DNA from: Methanobacteriota archaeon
GTDB taxonomy: Archaea; Thermoplasmatota; Poseidoniia; Poseidoniales; Poseidoniaceae
Length of the DNA: 64,000 nucleotides
Assembly (NCBI GenBank): GCA_018691345.1
Contig: JABGTJ010000039.1
Span: 33,074 to 97,073 of the forward strand
Direction of reading: 5' to 3'
Under the pieces are notes generated by a model. The model saw nothing but the letters and a program-made list of their open reading frames with translations, had not been told where the DNA came from and made no database searches. Of the stretch, positions 24,787-34,659 are shown piece by piece (positions within the stretch are counted from its first letter, which is position 1; each line of letters opens with the position of its first letter). A program made the position numbers and the translations under genes.

Positions 24787-26618
24787 GCCGCCAATCCTCA
24801 GGCATCCGCTTCCTTATCGACGCAACAGAAGGTGATTCTCGACGTTTGTCCGTCGGCATCCAAATTAACGGACCTTTCACTTCATCAACCCTCACGATGC
24901 ATTTTCCTCGATGGGTTCCTGGTTCCTACTTCTTACGTGAACCGATTCAACATATGACGGAGTTTGTGGCGACCGACCAATCCGGAAAGGAGCTTTCTGC
25001 ATCACGGAAAGATGTTGACGCCATGCGCATCAAACTCTCTCCATCGACGACCAGCGTCATGCTGACCTATCGGCTACTAGCGGTCGACCTCTCTGTTCGT
25101 GCAAATCATTTGGACACCACCCATTTGCACATGATGCCACCCTTTACGTGGTTCATGCCGACTGAAGGAATTGATTCATCCCGAATGAATATGGAACATA
25201 TCGTTGAATTGCATTCACCGAAAGGTTGGACGGCTGCAACGCAATACACCTCGACTGGAAACCGTTCTGGGAAAGGTGAACTGACCTCGAATCAAGGCAC
25301 AACGCATTGTTTTACCTCTCCAAGCCGTGATGAATTCCTCGACGCTATTATCGAATGCAATCCAAATCCGATGGATTCTTGGGTCGTTGATGGGCGAACG
25401 CACCACCTCAAATTATGGGACAGTGGAGGACATTCCATTGATGCAGGAATGCTTGAGCGATTCAAAGAAGACATGGACCGAATAGTCAAAGAACACCATG
25501 CATTGTTTGGCATCCCCTCATGGGATCATTACGTGACCGTCATCCATCTTACTGAGAACATGAGGGGTGGACTTGAACATCTCAATTCACAAACTTCGAT
25601 GCTCCCTCGACAATGCCTCATACCAGGCCATGAAGATGAGTACCGAGACTTGGTGAGCCTGTACAGCCATGAATACCTCCACCAGTGGAACGTGAAGCGA
25701 TTACGCCCTCGAAACTTCCTCGATTATGATTTGCAACGTGAAGGCCACTCCGATTTATTATGGTGGTTTGAAGGTGGAACCTCATGGCTAGGCGACATGT
25801 TGTGTGTTCGCTCTGGAGCATGGTCGGAAGAAGACTGGCGTAAGGATTTCATGCGCAAGATGAAACGCCATACCTCTCGCCACGGTATGGACAGTGAATC
25901 ATTATCTGAATCAAGCCATGATGCATGGATTCACTTGTATCGAGGACACGCCTTCTCAAGAGAGACTCAAATCTCCTACTACCTTGAAGGAGAATTAGCA
26001 CTGATGCAATTGGATTCAGAATTACGACGTCGGTCCAAAGGAGAGGTCGGTGTCTGCGACTTAACTGCAGAGTTGTGCCGTAAACATGCTCTAGAATACG
26101 AAGGCGTCGAGCGCCTTGGCGTGACCTACAAAGACATTCGGCGAACTTTAACCTCCATGAAAGGAGGCCGGCAATTAGGCTCGATGCTCGATGCTTTGAT
26201 GCACGAGAGAAAAGCACCTGATATGGAGGCTACAATGGCCTATTTCGGACTTCAACTGGTTGCTGAAAAGGAAGTTAAAGAAGGGGAGGAGAAGCATGGA
26301 TGGCTTGGAGTGAACCTCTCGACTAAAGGTGGCAAAGTTATCGTGTCCTCCCACATGAGCGGCTCACCCGTACGTCAATGCGTCATGCCAAGTGACGAGA
26401 TTATCGCCGTTAATGGGGTGCGGACGTCATCACTTAATGGCTTGAAGACTTCACTCAAAAACAAAGCTGGAACGGATGTTGAATTGACGATATCCCACGA
26501 AGGAATCGTGCATCGACATACCGTCAAGCTCGTATCTGCTCCACAGCATGGTGTGAAATTAGAAGGGAAAGGAAACGCCAGATGGAGAGCCTACCTCGCT
26601 ACTCGTCAATCCGAATGA
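24783..26618 (+). CDS. M61 glycyl aminopeptidase family protein with C-terminal PDZ domain
   Basis: WVPGSY, GGLEH, SHEYLHQWNVKRLRP, WWFEGGTS and ISYY motifs; PDZ-like GWLGV...DEIIAVNG. Confidence 0.92.
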   Translation: MSRQSSGIRFLIDATEGDSRRLSVGIQINGPFTSSTLTMHFPRWVPGSYFLREPIQHMTEFVATDQSGKELSASRKDVDAMRIKLSPSTTSVMLTYRLLAVDLSVRANHLDTTHLHMMPPFTWFMPTEGIDSSRMNMEHIVELHSPKGWTAATQYTSTGNRSGKGELTSNQGTTHCFTSPSRDEFLDAIIECNPNPMDSWVVDGRTHHLKLWDSGGHSIDAGMLERFKEDMDRIVKEHHALFGIPSWDHYVTVIHLTENMRGGLEHLNSQTSMLPRQCLIPGHEDEYRDLVSLYSHEYLHQWNVKRLRPRNFLDYDLQREGHSDLLWWFEGGTSWLGDMLCVRSGAWSEEDWRKDFMRKMKRHTSRHGMDSESLSESSHDAWIHLYRGHAFSRETQISYYLEGELALMQLDSELRRRSKGEVGVCDLTAELCRKHALEYEGVERLGVTYKDIRRTLTSMKGGRQLGSMLDALMHERKAPDMEATMAYFGLQLVAEKEVKEGEEKHGWLGVNLSTKGGKVIVSSHMSGSPVRQCVMPSDEIIAVNGVRTSSLNGLKTSLKNKAGTDVELTISHEGIVHRHTVKLVSAPQHGVKLEGKGNARWRAYLATRQSE

Positions 26619-27037
26619 GACGGTTCGTGCTGTTCAAGTATCTCCAACGGCACATGGATTGGGGGCAAGTGATCGGCGATGGTGTGACGGCTTGTCTTCG
26701 GAGGGTAAACGTTGCCTGAAAGGCACATGTCAATGACTTCTTGCTTGGTAATCGATTTGAGTTCTGAAGCAGGCCAAACATCGACTTCAATTCTCTCGTC
26801 CGCCAAATAATCAACACAGATTGCCGGAACCCGAGCCAAGTTGAGTTCGCCGGCGATCGAGTAACGATGGTGGCCGTCCAAGATAGCACCTGTTCGCTTA
26901 TCAACAATCAGCGGCTTGGTAAAGCCGCCCCATCGCTTGGTCATTTCAAGTAACTTGTCGCGATTGCGTGGCTTGATTTCTTCATGCGGCTTAAGCCATT
27001 CATACGGCACCAAGTGAACTTCTTCATCATCCCACAT
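26606..27037 (-). CDS. Single-domain ParB/sulfiredoxin-like protein
   Basis: LKPHEE...PLIVD...ILDGHHRY motif; no HTH. Confidence 0.8.
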   Translation of the reverse strand: MWDDEEVHLVPYEWLKPHEEIKPRNRDKLLEMTKRWGGFTKPLIVDKRTGAILDGHHRYSIAGELNLARVPAICVDYLADERIEVDVWPASELKSITKQEVIDMCLSGNVYPPKTSRHTIADHLPPIHVPLEILEQHEPSHSD

Positions 27038-27113
27038 TGAGCCCTTCGAACGGCTCTTCTGCGATAATGCTTTGTCTGTTATGCGCCCCCATTCATTGTA
27101 AAGGAGGGGGCTT

Positions 27114-28481
27114 ATGCGAATCGAAGGATGGCCGTTGCCGGCTTTAGAAGCAGATGTACCCGCTCTTGAATGCCCTGCGCATGTGCTTCAATGGATTGAA
27201 GCACTCCCTTCTGAAATCCGAGATATTGTTTCAACTGTAGCACAAAATGGAGGTGGAATTTGGATTGTTGGCGGTGCAGTGCGAGACGTTTGTCTTGGTT
27301 TAGAAGTTCATGACGTTGATTTCGCCGTATCACTTGAACCCGAACATATGATGAAAATATTTCCAGATGCCATACCTACAGGCATCGATTTTGGTACTGT
27401 GAGTTTGAGAGGTAAGGAAGCGTTCTATGAAGCAACGACGCTTCGAATCGAAAGCAACTACACAGATGGTCGTAGACCTGAACAGGTTAGGTGGGGCACA
27501 TCCCTGTCCGAGGATTTGGAACGCAGAGATTTCACGATTAATGCGATGGCTATCGATGTGGCTCGTAAAGTGATGCATGACCCTCACCATGGCCTTCAAG
27601 ACATGGAAAGAGGATTGATTCGAGCTGTCGGTCAAGCGTACGGCAGACTTTCTGAAGACGCTTTGAGAATCCTTCGCGCTTACCGCTTTTTAGACCGTGG
27701 AAAGGCAGGGATATGGGATTTTGACTTTGAACTCGGTGAAGCACTGCGTCAAAATGCGCATAAATTGAAAGTCGTGACCAATGAACGGATTTGGATGGAA
27801 TGGCACAAAATATTGAACGGCCGGAACGTTGCTAAAGTCGTTGAGAAAATGGCCCATGATGGAGTTCTCGATACCTTTTTGCCAGGCCACTGGGCATCTC
27901 AACATGCACTCCTTTCGGCACTTCAGCACCCGTATGTGCACGACTTTGACGGCCTCACTCGCTTTGCCCTTCTGCTCTGTGAATCTTTTTCTATAGAGGT
28001 AGATGAAGCATTAACCGAACTGAAACTCTCCAAAAAAGAGCGACACTACATTTTGGACCTGCACCAACGGTTTGGCCAACTCCCCAAGAACTCTATCTCC
28101 AGCCTTCGAGTGTTCCGAGCAGTACTGGAAGACAAAGCGGAGTTGCACCTCCAACTCGAAGTGGTCACTCGCAGCCATAACCTCTCACCGTCAATGGGTG
28201 GAAGCGAGGAAAAGGTAGACGATGTCTATGCGTTATTGGAACAATTGGAGGAATTACCGCCTCTACAAAGTGGCCACTCCTCTCTGGTGGACGGGCATTG
28301 GATTATGCAAAGAACAGGGCTACTCAAAGGCCGTGCTCTTGGAAAATTGAAGGGTTGGCTTCACAGATTACAGATCGAACGTGACTTGGCAAGCGAAGAA
28401 GAAGTAGAGGACGTTCTCTGTTCGCTTCATTGGATTGAAGAAAATTATCTTGATTGGCCAGTTTTACAATTTCCCGAATGA
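27114..28481 (+). CDS. cca: Class II (bacterial-type) tRNA nucleotidyltransferase / CCA-adding enzyme
   Basis: VGGAVRD, DVDFA, TLR.E..Y.DGRRP, RRDFTINAMA and EDALRILRAYRF motifs. Confidence 0.88.
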   Translation: MRIEGWPLPALEADVPALECPAHVLQWIEALPSEIRDIVSTVAQNGGGIWIVGGAVRDVCLGLEVHDVDFAVSLEPEHMMKIFPDAIPTGIDFGTVSLRGKEAFYEATTLRIESNYTDGRRPEQVRWGTSLSEDLERRDFTINAMAIDVARKVMHDPHHGLQDMERGLIRAVGQAYGRLSEDALRILRAYRFLDRGKAGIWDFDFELGEALRQNAHKLKVVTNERIWMEWHKILNGRNVAKVVEKMAHDGVLDTFLPGHWASQHALLSALQHPYVHDFDGLTRFALLLCESFSIEVDEALTELKLSKKERHYILDLHQRFGQLPKNSISSLRVFRAVLEDKAELHLQLEVVTRSHNLSPSMGGSEEKVDDVYALLEQLEELPPLQSGHSSLVDGHWIMQRTGLLKGRALGKLKGWLHRLQIERDLASEEEVEDVLCSLHWIEENYLDWPVLQFPE

Positions 28482-28517
28482 TGTTGGCATCAAGTTGATG
28501 AACAGGAATGACTTCCT

Positions 28518-29819
28518 ATGACTATGCAAGGCGGGACAATCAAGGATAAGGCCTTGGAAAAAATCGGCCAAAAACTCCTGAGCAAAGGATTCAATCTTTC
28601 TTCCTTGAACGACAAAGAGTTGGCTGAAGTCGCAGTTCGGTTCACTGGAGACAGTCCTCCAGCACACATTCCGAGAGAGACGGTCATTGAGATATTGGCG
28701 CAGCAAGATTCAGTAAAACAATGGGCGCAATCAATCAAACAAAACATTGCACCTAGTGCAAAAGGTGCCGTCACTGAACAGATCCGTAACCGTGTAGACA
28801 CCGTACAAGCTACGGTGTCCAAGAAAATAGAATCCGACCCTATGGCGGCTAAAATGGCAGACAACTTTGGTAAATGGCTCAAGGACTCGGGCTATACTAC
28901 TGCACAACTCACGCAAATGCTCGATTCAAATTCGGACATGTACATTTCCAACGATGAAGCAATGAAGTTTGTTCGAGAAATCTCCAAGACTGAACCACCT
29001 CAATGGGTCATCGACTCGTTGATGAAAATTATGGACTCAAACGATGATGGCCGGCTATCGGTGGAGGAATGGTGGGTGTTCCTCGAATCAATTGGGTTTG
29101 AAAAAGCACCTGAAACAGCCACTGAGGTTGAAGAAGAAATCAATGATGATGAATTTGGAGACCTTGAGGAAGAATTTCAAGGCGAAACAAAGTCGATTGA
29201 AGAACTCAAAAAAGACCAACAAGAAGCCGCTCGTATTATGGCAGAAGCCAATAATGAGGCTGCTGAAAGAATCAAAAGGCAGGAAGAAGAACTAAAGAAA
29301 ACAATGGCCAGTGTATCCGTCGAAGAAGTAACGCAAGAAATCGATGATTCTGCTCGAGAAATTGCTTCTGCCGTCGGAATTGCAAGCGTGAGTGCTGCTT
29401 CTGTTGCATCTCAAGTCGATGAGGAGGCAGTCGCTGTCCGAGTGCCCGTCACTGATGGTTCCATTTCATGGGAAATTGAAAATCCGAATGAGATTATGAT
29501 TGAGAGATTAGAACAATCGCGTCTTTCAAGCGAGGCTGATGCGATTATTGCTGAGTGTTACGAACATCTTTGCGCCCTTCGAGTCGAAGAAGTCGAGCGT
29601 ACACTGCTTGCAAAGGATGAGTTCCGTGGTGGCTACACCATCGTAGGTGAATTCGATGGCGGCCCATTCTCCGCTGGAGTGATGTTCCCTGAATCAGAAA
29701 ACGACACGATACTCGCATTCAAGATTGGTACGACAATCAGCTGCGTCGGGAAAATCGTGAAATGGTCCAGTGGAAGAAGGCAAGCGGTTCTCAAAGGAAG
29801 AGACCCTGTTCTGCGCTGA
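28518..29819 (+). CDS. EF-hand pair protein with acidic coiled linker and C-terminal beta-rich domain
   Basis: Loops DSNSDMYISNDE and DSNDDGRLSVEE, 37 aa apart; no signal peptide or TM. Confidence 0.8.
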   Translation: MTMQGGTIKDKALEKIGQKLLSKGFNLSSLNDKELAEVAVRFTGDSPPAHIPRETVIEILAQQDSVKQWAQSIKQNIAPSAKGAVTEQIRNRVDTVQATVSKKIESDPMAAKMADNFGKWLKDSGYTTAQLTQMLDSNSDMYISNDEAMKFVREISKTEPPQWVIDSLMKIMDSNDDGRLSVEEWWVFLESIGFEKAPETATEVEEEINDDEFGDLEEEFQGETKSIEELKKDQQEAARIMAEANNEAAERIKRQEEELKKTMASVSVEEVTQEIDDSAREIASAVGIASVSAASVASQVDEEAVAVRVPVTDGSISWEIENPNEIMIERLEQSRLSSEADAIIAECYEHLCALRVEEVERTLLAKDEFRGGYTIVGEFDGGPFSAGVMFPESENDTILAFKIGTTISCVGKIVKWSSGRRQAVLKGRDPVLR

Positions 29820-29820
29820 A

Positions 29821-30990
29821 TCACTTGAGAGCTCGAGCAATAACGATTCGTTGAACTTCTTGGGTTCCTTCGTAAATCTGTGTAATCTTTGCATCTCGGA
29901 AGAAACGTTCGACTGGGAACTCCTTCGTGTAGCCATAGCCACCCAAAACTTGTATGGCTCGTTCTGAAACCCACATTGCCGTATCGCCCGCATACAACTT
30001 CGCCATGCTGGCTTCCTTCGAATGTCGGGGCCCGTTATGTTCGTAGTGCTGTTGTTTTACCCATGAGGCGCGATATACCAAAAGGCGAGCCGCATCAATA
30101 CGTGTGGCCATGTCGGCTAAATACGCCATTATCATTTGATGATAAGCGATTGGTTTTCCGAATGCTTCACGCTCATGAGCGTACTGAAGGGCCGCTTCAT
30201 AAGCCCCTTGGGCGATGCCGAGCGCCTGAGCTGCGATGCCTATGCGACTGTTATCCAAAGCGTTCATAGCAATCGGGAATCCTTTGCCGACACCCTTCAA
30301 AACATTCTCGACAGGAACCTTACAGTCTTCCAGAATGAGCGTACATGTGTCCGATGAACGGATGCCAAGTTTGTCTTCCTTTTTGCCAACTGAAAATCCT
30401 TCGAACGAAGAATCGACGATGAATGCAGTTGAACCACCGTGTTTCTTGACGCCGTAGTCTGGGTGATCGACATCCTTTGCGAACAGGACCAAGATTTGAG
30501 CCTGTGCCCCGTTTGTGACCCACATTTTCTCGCCGTTAAGAAGGAAGTGCTTACCGTCATCGGAGAGTTTTGCCTTGCAAATCATTGCCGCTGCATCCGT
30601 CCCTGCTCCTGCTTCCGAGAGAGAATAGGCACCGACATCACCTGCAGCCAAACGTGTGAGATACTGCTCTTTTTGCGCTTCGCTACCATGCAGCGCAATG
30701 GTTTTGGCACAGAGTCCAACATGGACACAGTACATCACTGCGAAAGATGGGTCAACTCGGGCGAGTTCTTCAACGATGATGGATTCAGAAATATCATCGA
30801 CAGGAGAACCGCCGTACTGTTCAGGAATGGTGACGCCTTGAAGTCCGAAATCGAGGAACTCTTGCCACTCTGCCGCCGGAGGTATCTGATTTTGATCGCG
30901 ATGTTCAACTGTAGGTGCGAGTACACTTTCAGCAAAATCCCGTACGAGTTCGCGAATCATTTGCTGTTCATCGGTTTCGGCATAATCCAT
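29821..30990 (-). CDS. Acyl-CoA dehydrogenase
   Basis: LSEAGAGTD, LNGEKMWVTNG, KLGIRSSDT, RIGIAAQALG, RFFRDAKITQIYEGT. Start taken at MDYAET. Confidence 0.95.
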   Translation of the reverse strand: MDYAETDEQQMIRELVRDFAESVLAPTVEHRDQNQIPPAAEWQEFLDFGLQGVTIPEQYGGSPVDDISESIIVEELARVDPSFAVMYCVHVGLCAKTIALHGSEAQKEQYLTRLAAGDVGAYSLSEAGAGTDAAAMICKAKLSDDGKHFLLNGEKMWVTNGAQAQILVLFAKDVDHPDYGVKKHGGSTAFIVDSSFEGFSVGKKEDKLGIRSSDTCTLILEDCKVPVENVLKGVGKGFPIAMNALDNSRIGIAAQALGIAQGAYEAALQYAHEREAFGKPIAYHQMIMAYLADMATRIDAARLLVYRASWVKQQHYEHNGPRHSKEASMAKLYAGDTAMWVSERAIQVLGGYGYTKEFPVERFFRDAKITQIYEGTQEVQRIVIARALK

Positions 30991-31111
30991 AGGCGACCAA
31001 AGGGTGCTAAAACGCCGACTCACTTAACCCGTTTGTCGTATTTACCTGAAACCAAAATATGCCTCAGATTCATATACAATGGGGTTCGGGCCGTTTTAAG
31101 GATGTGTAACC

Positions 31112-31513
31112 ATGGACGATGAAGTGGTAGAATTCAGCGTAGCCCACAATAGAAAATATTCTCGAGACCACCTTTGGTATCAAGAGAAAGACGAACGCTT
31201 GATGATTGGCGTCAGCGAGTTTCTCGCTGTTGAAATCGGAGAAGTCTTGCGAGTCATTCTCCCGCAAGCAGAATACGAAATCGACGAAGGTCGAGACATG
31301 TTCTCGATTTGGACAGCAGAAGAAAAAGTAGCTTTCCCATCGCAATACTCGGGAATAATTGCTGAAGTGAACGGCGAAGTCGAAATCAATCCCGACCTTG
31401 TCAACGATTCCGCATACGACCATGGATGGATTATCATCATCGAACCTCACGAAATGGACCTCGAGAATCTCCTCGACCCTGATGAGTACGTCGAGTACCT
31501 TGCTGAACTTTGA
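31112..31513 (+). CDS. Glycine cleavage H-protein-like protein (atypical lipoyl site)
   Basis: YSRDHLW, IGVSEF, SGIIAEVN and P.LVNDSAYDHGWI motifs; canonical ESVK is absent. Confidence 0.8.
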   Translation: MDDEVVEFSVAHNRKYSRDHLWYQEKDERLMIGVSEFLAVEIGEVLRVILPQAEYEIDEGRDMFSIWTAEEKVAFPSQYSGIIAEVNGEVEINPDLVNDSAYDHGWIIIIEPHEMDLENLLDPDEYVEYLAEL

Positions 31514-31549
31514 GTAAAGGTCATACCCCGTCACTCAAAGCCATGTTGC

Positions 31550-32128
31550 ATGACGGATGCAATGAATCGACTTCGAGAGAGCCTGCGTAACGCCCCTGTC
31601 ATTTGGAAAGGGGATTATCCATACTTCATTCACCCCATTACTGATGGCGTTCCTCGACTCGACCCGATGGTACTCAAAGCAGTGACTGACCTGTGCGAGA
31701 AAGCCATTGATTGGAACGGTGTCGACCTTATCCTTGGCATTGAAGCAATGGGGTTGCCCCTAACTGCACCCCTGAGTGTTCGGACGGGGATTCCGTTGAT
31801 TATCGCCAGAAAACGCTCCTATGGCCTCGAAGGAGAAGTTACCATCGGACAAGAAACTGGTTATTCCAAAGGCGAAATGTTCCTCAATGACATGAAGCCT
31901 GGTGAAAAGGTCGTTATTGTTGACGATGTACTTTCAACGGGTGGTACGCTCAAAGCAGTTCTTGAAGGAGTACGTCGAACCGGCGCCCAAGTCACGCACA
32001 TCATCGCTGTGGTCGAAAAAGGACCGGGTTTAGCACTCCTACAAGCCGAATACCCAGAAGTTGCCATCGAATCTTTAGTGCGCCTTGAAATGGACGGAGC
32101 GCGTATTGTTTTACTCGACGAGGAATGA
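31550..32128 (+). CDS. hpt: Archaeal purine (hypoxanthine/guanine) phosphoribosyltransferase
   Basis: YPYFIHPITDGVP, IEAMG, TGYSKG and VDDVLSTGGT motifs. Confidence 0.88.
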   Translation: MTDAMNRLRESLRNAPVIWKGDYPYFIHPITDGVPRLDPMVLKAVTDLCEKAIDWNGVDLILGIEAMGLPLTAPLSVRTGIPLIIARKRSYGLEGEVTIGQETGYSKGEMFLNDMKPGEKVVIVDDVLSTGGTLKAVLEGVRRTGAQVTHIIAVVEKGPGLALLQAEYPEVAIESLVRLEMDGARIVLLDEE

Positions 32129-32134
32129 CGTTCC

Positions 32135-33295
32135 TTGAAGGGTGGATTGATGAGGGAGTGGCGTTCAGGTCATACTGGGGAAGGCATGGATTTAGACCGT
32201 CACGATTTTCAATTGACCGAATTAATGGAACGAATTCAAGCGAATGATAATCGCTTGATTGCTCTTCAAGTCCCCGAAGGACTGAAAATGCAAGCCCTCG
32301 AAATGATGGACTCCATCGAATCCGAAACCAGTGCAAAGGTGATCTTGGCCGCTGACCCGTGTTACGGTGCTTGTGATTTGGTCCACGATAAGATGCAGAT
32401 GATGGGCGTCGAACTGGTCGCTCACATGGGTCATTCACAGATGAACATCGATTCAGGAATGCCGACGCAATTCATTGACGTCACCTACGACGGAGACCCT
32501 GAACTCAAACCAGTACTTGCTTACTTAGAGGCTCACAGAGCAATGGCGCGTGAACGAATGCACAACCAACCAACCTCTGAAGCACTGTCTGAGGAGGATG
32601 CACAAGACCGGTTTATGGACGCAGTTGGGCGACTTGCCCCACTCACTGGTACGAAACTTGGCTTGGTTGGTTCAATCCAACACTTGCACCTGCTCCCCGA
32701 GTTCCATGACCGATTGGAGGAAGCAGGCTTTGAAGTCGAAATCCCAATTGGTGGTGCACGGCTGTCTTTCCCAGGACAAGTCCTCGGTTGCAATTATTCT
32801 GGCGATGATGATTCCATTGGGCACTACCTTTTCCTTGGGTCAGGCGACTTCCATCCGATTGGATTGGTACTTCACACTGGAAAGCCATTGGCAATGCTTG
32901 ATCCGTACACGGGCGATGCTGAAGAGATGTCTCTTGAACGAATTGAACGCATCCTCCGCCAGCGATTCGGTCTGATTATGGCTTCAGGAGAAGCACAACG
33001 TTTCGGCATCCTCATCGGAGAAAAGCCAGGACAGATGCGTCGTAGCTTGGCTCTGAGAATGAAACGCCTGCTCGAAAAGCACGGTAAGAAAGGATATTTG
33101 CTCGCTCTTGAGCACGTAGGACCTGACCTGATTGACTTCTATCCAGTGGATGCATTCGTGAACACGGCTTGCCCGCGAATTGCGATTGATGACGCTGTTC
33201 GTTACCAAAAGCCACTCATCACGCCTTTCGAGTTGGAAGTTGCTCTAGGCGAAAAGAAATGGGAAACTGGCTATCAATTCGACGAGATACCCTGA
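32135..33295 (+). CDS. dph2: Diphthamide biosynthesis enzyme Dph2
   Basis: LQVPEGLK, CYGACD, GQVLGC and NTACPRI Fe-S cysteine motifs. Start may be 32186. Confidence 0.93.
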   Translation: MKGGLMREWRSGHTGEGMDLDRHDFQLTELMERIQANDNRLIALQVPEGLKMQALEMMDSIESETSAKVILAADPCYGACDLVHDKMQMMGVELVAHMGHSQMNIDSGMPTQFIDVTYDGDPELKPVLAYLEAHRAMARERMHNQPTSEALSEEDAQDRFMDAVGRLAPLTGTKLGLVGSIQHLHLLPEFHDRLEEAGFEVEIPIGGARLSFPGQVLGCNYSGDDDSIGHYLFLGSGDFHPIGLVLHTGKPLAMLDPYTGDAEEMSLERIERILRQRFGLIMASGEAQRFGILIGEKPGQMRRSLALRMKRLLEKHGKKGYLLALEHVGPDLIDFYPVDAFVNTACPRIAIDDAVRYQKPLITPFELEVALGEKKWETGYQFDEIP

Positions 33296-33347
33296 GTGAC
33301 AACTGTTTTACTCGCAATTCACGCTGTTTCCGACGAAAGGAAACCGT

Positions 33348-34580
33348 ATGTTCAATAACGGTTGGCGAAAGCCTTCCTATGTTATGAGTAACTACCTCGA
33401 CCGAATTGGCGCTGGCTGGGTACTGGCGAATCCCGAAGTGTTCAACTTCGATTATGTCCCAGAAGAACTGGTCGGCCGAGAAGATATCCAAAACGAGTTA
33501 GCCTCCAAGTTCACCACACTCCATTTGCCTGAAGGCTCAGGCCGCGTGGTAATTACTGGCCCTGTAGGCAGTGGAAAAACCGCACTTGCTCAGACTTTTT
33601 GTCGGGACATACAACGTCATCTCAACAACAAAAGGAACATCCGCTCTGTACATGTCAACTGTCGCAACGCTTCCACGAGCATGCGCGTTGTTCAACGCAT
33701 CTTGCACGAATTAGCACCCGGCCATCCAGACCGTGGACTCTCGATGGGCGAACTGCTGATGAGCCTACGGCGTATTCTACGTAAGGAAACCTCTCATCTC
33801 ATCGTTGTCCTGGATGAAGTGGACCATATGCTGCGTCGTTCGGGTGATGACCTGTTGTATCAACTGTTACGTATCGATGAAGATCAAAGTGGAAAGGGAA
33901 CGCTGTCTCTCATCCTTATCAGCCAAGAACAAGTTCTCGATGTACTGGAAACCGCCGTCATCTCGAGGATGGGGAGTACCAATCACCTTCGAGTTAAACC
34001 GTACGGAATTGAGGGGCTTGCTGCGATCGCAACACAACGAGCAATACAAGGATTAGTCCCTGGAACATGGACGCCGGAAATCATTCGTATTTTGGCTGAA
34101 AAAGCGGCGATAACCGGCGATGCTCGTCGAGTCATCGAATTACTCAATGCAGCGGTGGAAAGGTGTGAATTCCGTCAAGACGCTCATACTGAACGACGGC
34201 TTATCATCGACGATATTCACGTCCCGCTCAACAAAGAACCAACAACGTCAGGAAGTAATCTTGAGCACATTGATGACCTCAATCCAAACGCCATGTTGGT
34301 GCTTCTTGCTTTGTGCAGGCGACTCACAAAAGAGGAGTCGATGACAACCGGTGATGTCGAGCAACTCTACGCTGTAGTTTGCGAGGAGTATGAACAAAAA
34401 ATGAAGAGTCATACAACGGTTTGGAAATATTTGAAAGATTTTGAAGAGCGCCAAATCATCTCCTCCAGAGTGGCTACAATCACCGGGGGAAGAGGACGGA
34501 CAACCCACCTGGGCATGCCACATTTCCTACCAAAAGACCTCGCCAGTCGGCTCGAAATGCTGTTGAAAAAGAAGTTTTGA
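33348..34580 (+). CDS. cdc6: Orc1/Cdc6 replication initiator
   Basis: DYVPEELVGRE, GPVGSGKT, VNC, IVVLDEVD, GDARR and winged-helix GRGRTT motifs. Confidence 0.93.
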   Translation: MFNNGWRKPSYVMSNYLDRIGAGWVLANPEVFNFDYVPEELVGREDIQNELASKFTTLHLPEGSGRVVITGPVGSGKTALAQTFCRDIQRHLNNKRNIRSVHVNCRNASTSMRVVQRILHELAPGHPDRGLSMGELLMSLRRILRKETSHLIVVLDEVDHMLRRSGDDLLYQLLRIDEDQSGKGTLSLILISQEQVLDVLETAVISRMGSTNHLRVKPYGIEGLAAIATQRAIQGLVPGTWTPEIIRILAEKAAITGDARRVIELLNAAVERCEFRQDAHTERRLIIDDIHVPLNKEPTTSGSNLEHIDDLNPNAMLVLLALCRRLTKEESMTTGDVEQLYAVVCEEYEQKMKSHTTVWKYLKDFEERQIISSRVATITGGRGRTTHLGMPHFLPKDLASRLEMLLKKKF

Positions 34581-34659
34581 CATCCATTTTGTCAGTTGCG
34601 ACCATACGGTGGGGCTAAATAGAGGACGATAGTCGCAAGGGCGTTCTTGAAGTGATATT

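Noticed and set aside
26606-27037. ParB-like gene as a partition or defence system
   Set aside because: Single catalytic-type domain with no HTH and no adjacent parA or defence genes.
33296-33347. ORB-containing origin next to cdc6
   Set aside because: The flanking spacers are only about 50-80 bp, with no recognisable ORB consensus or repeated boxes.
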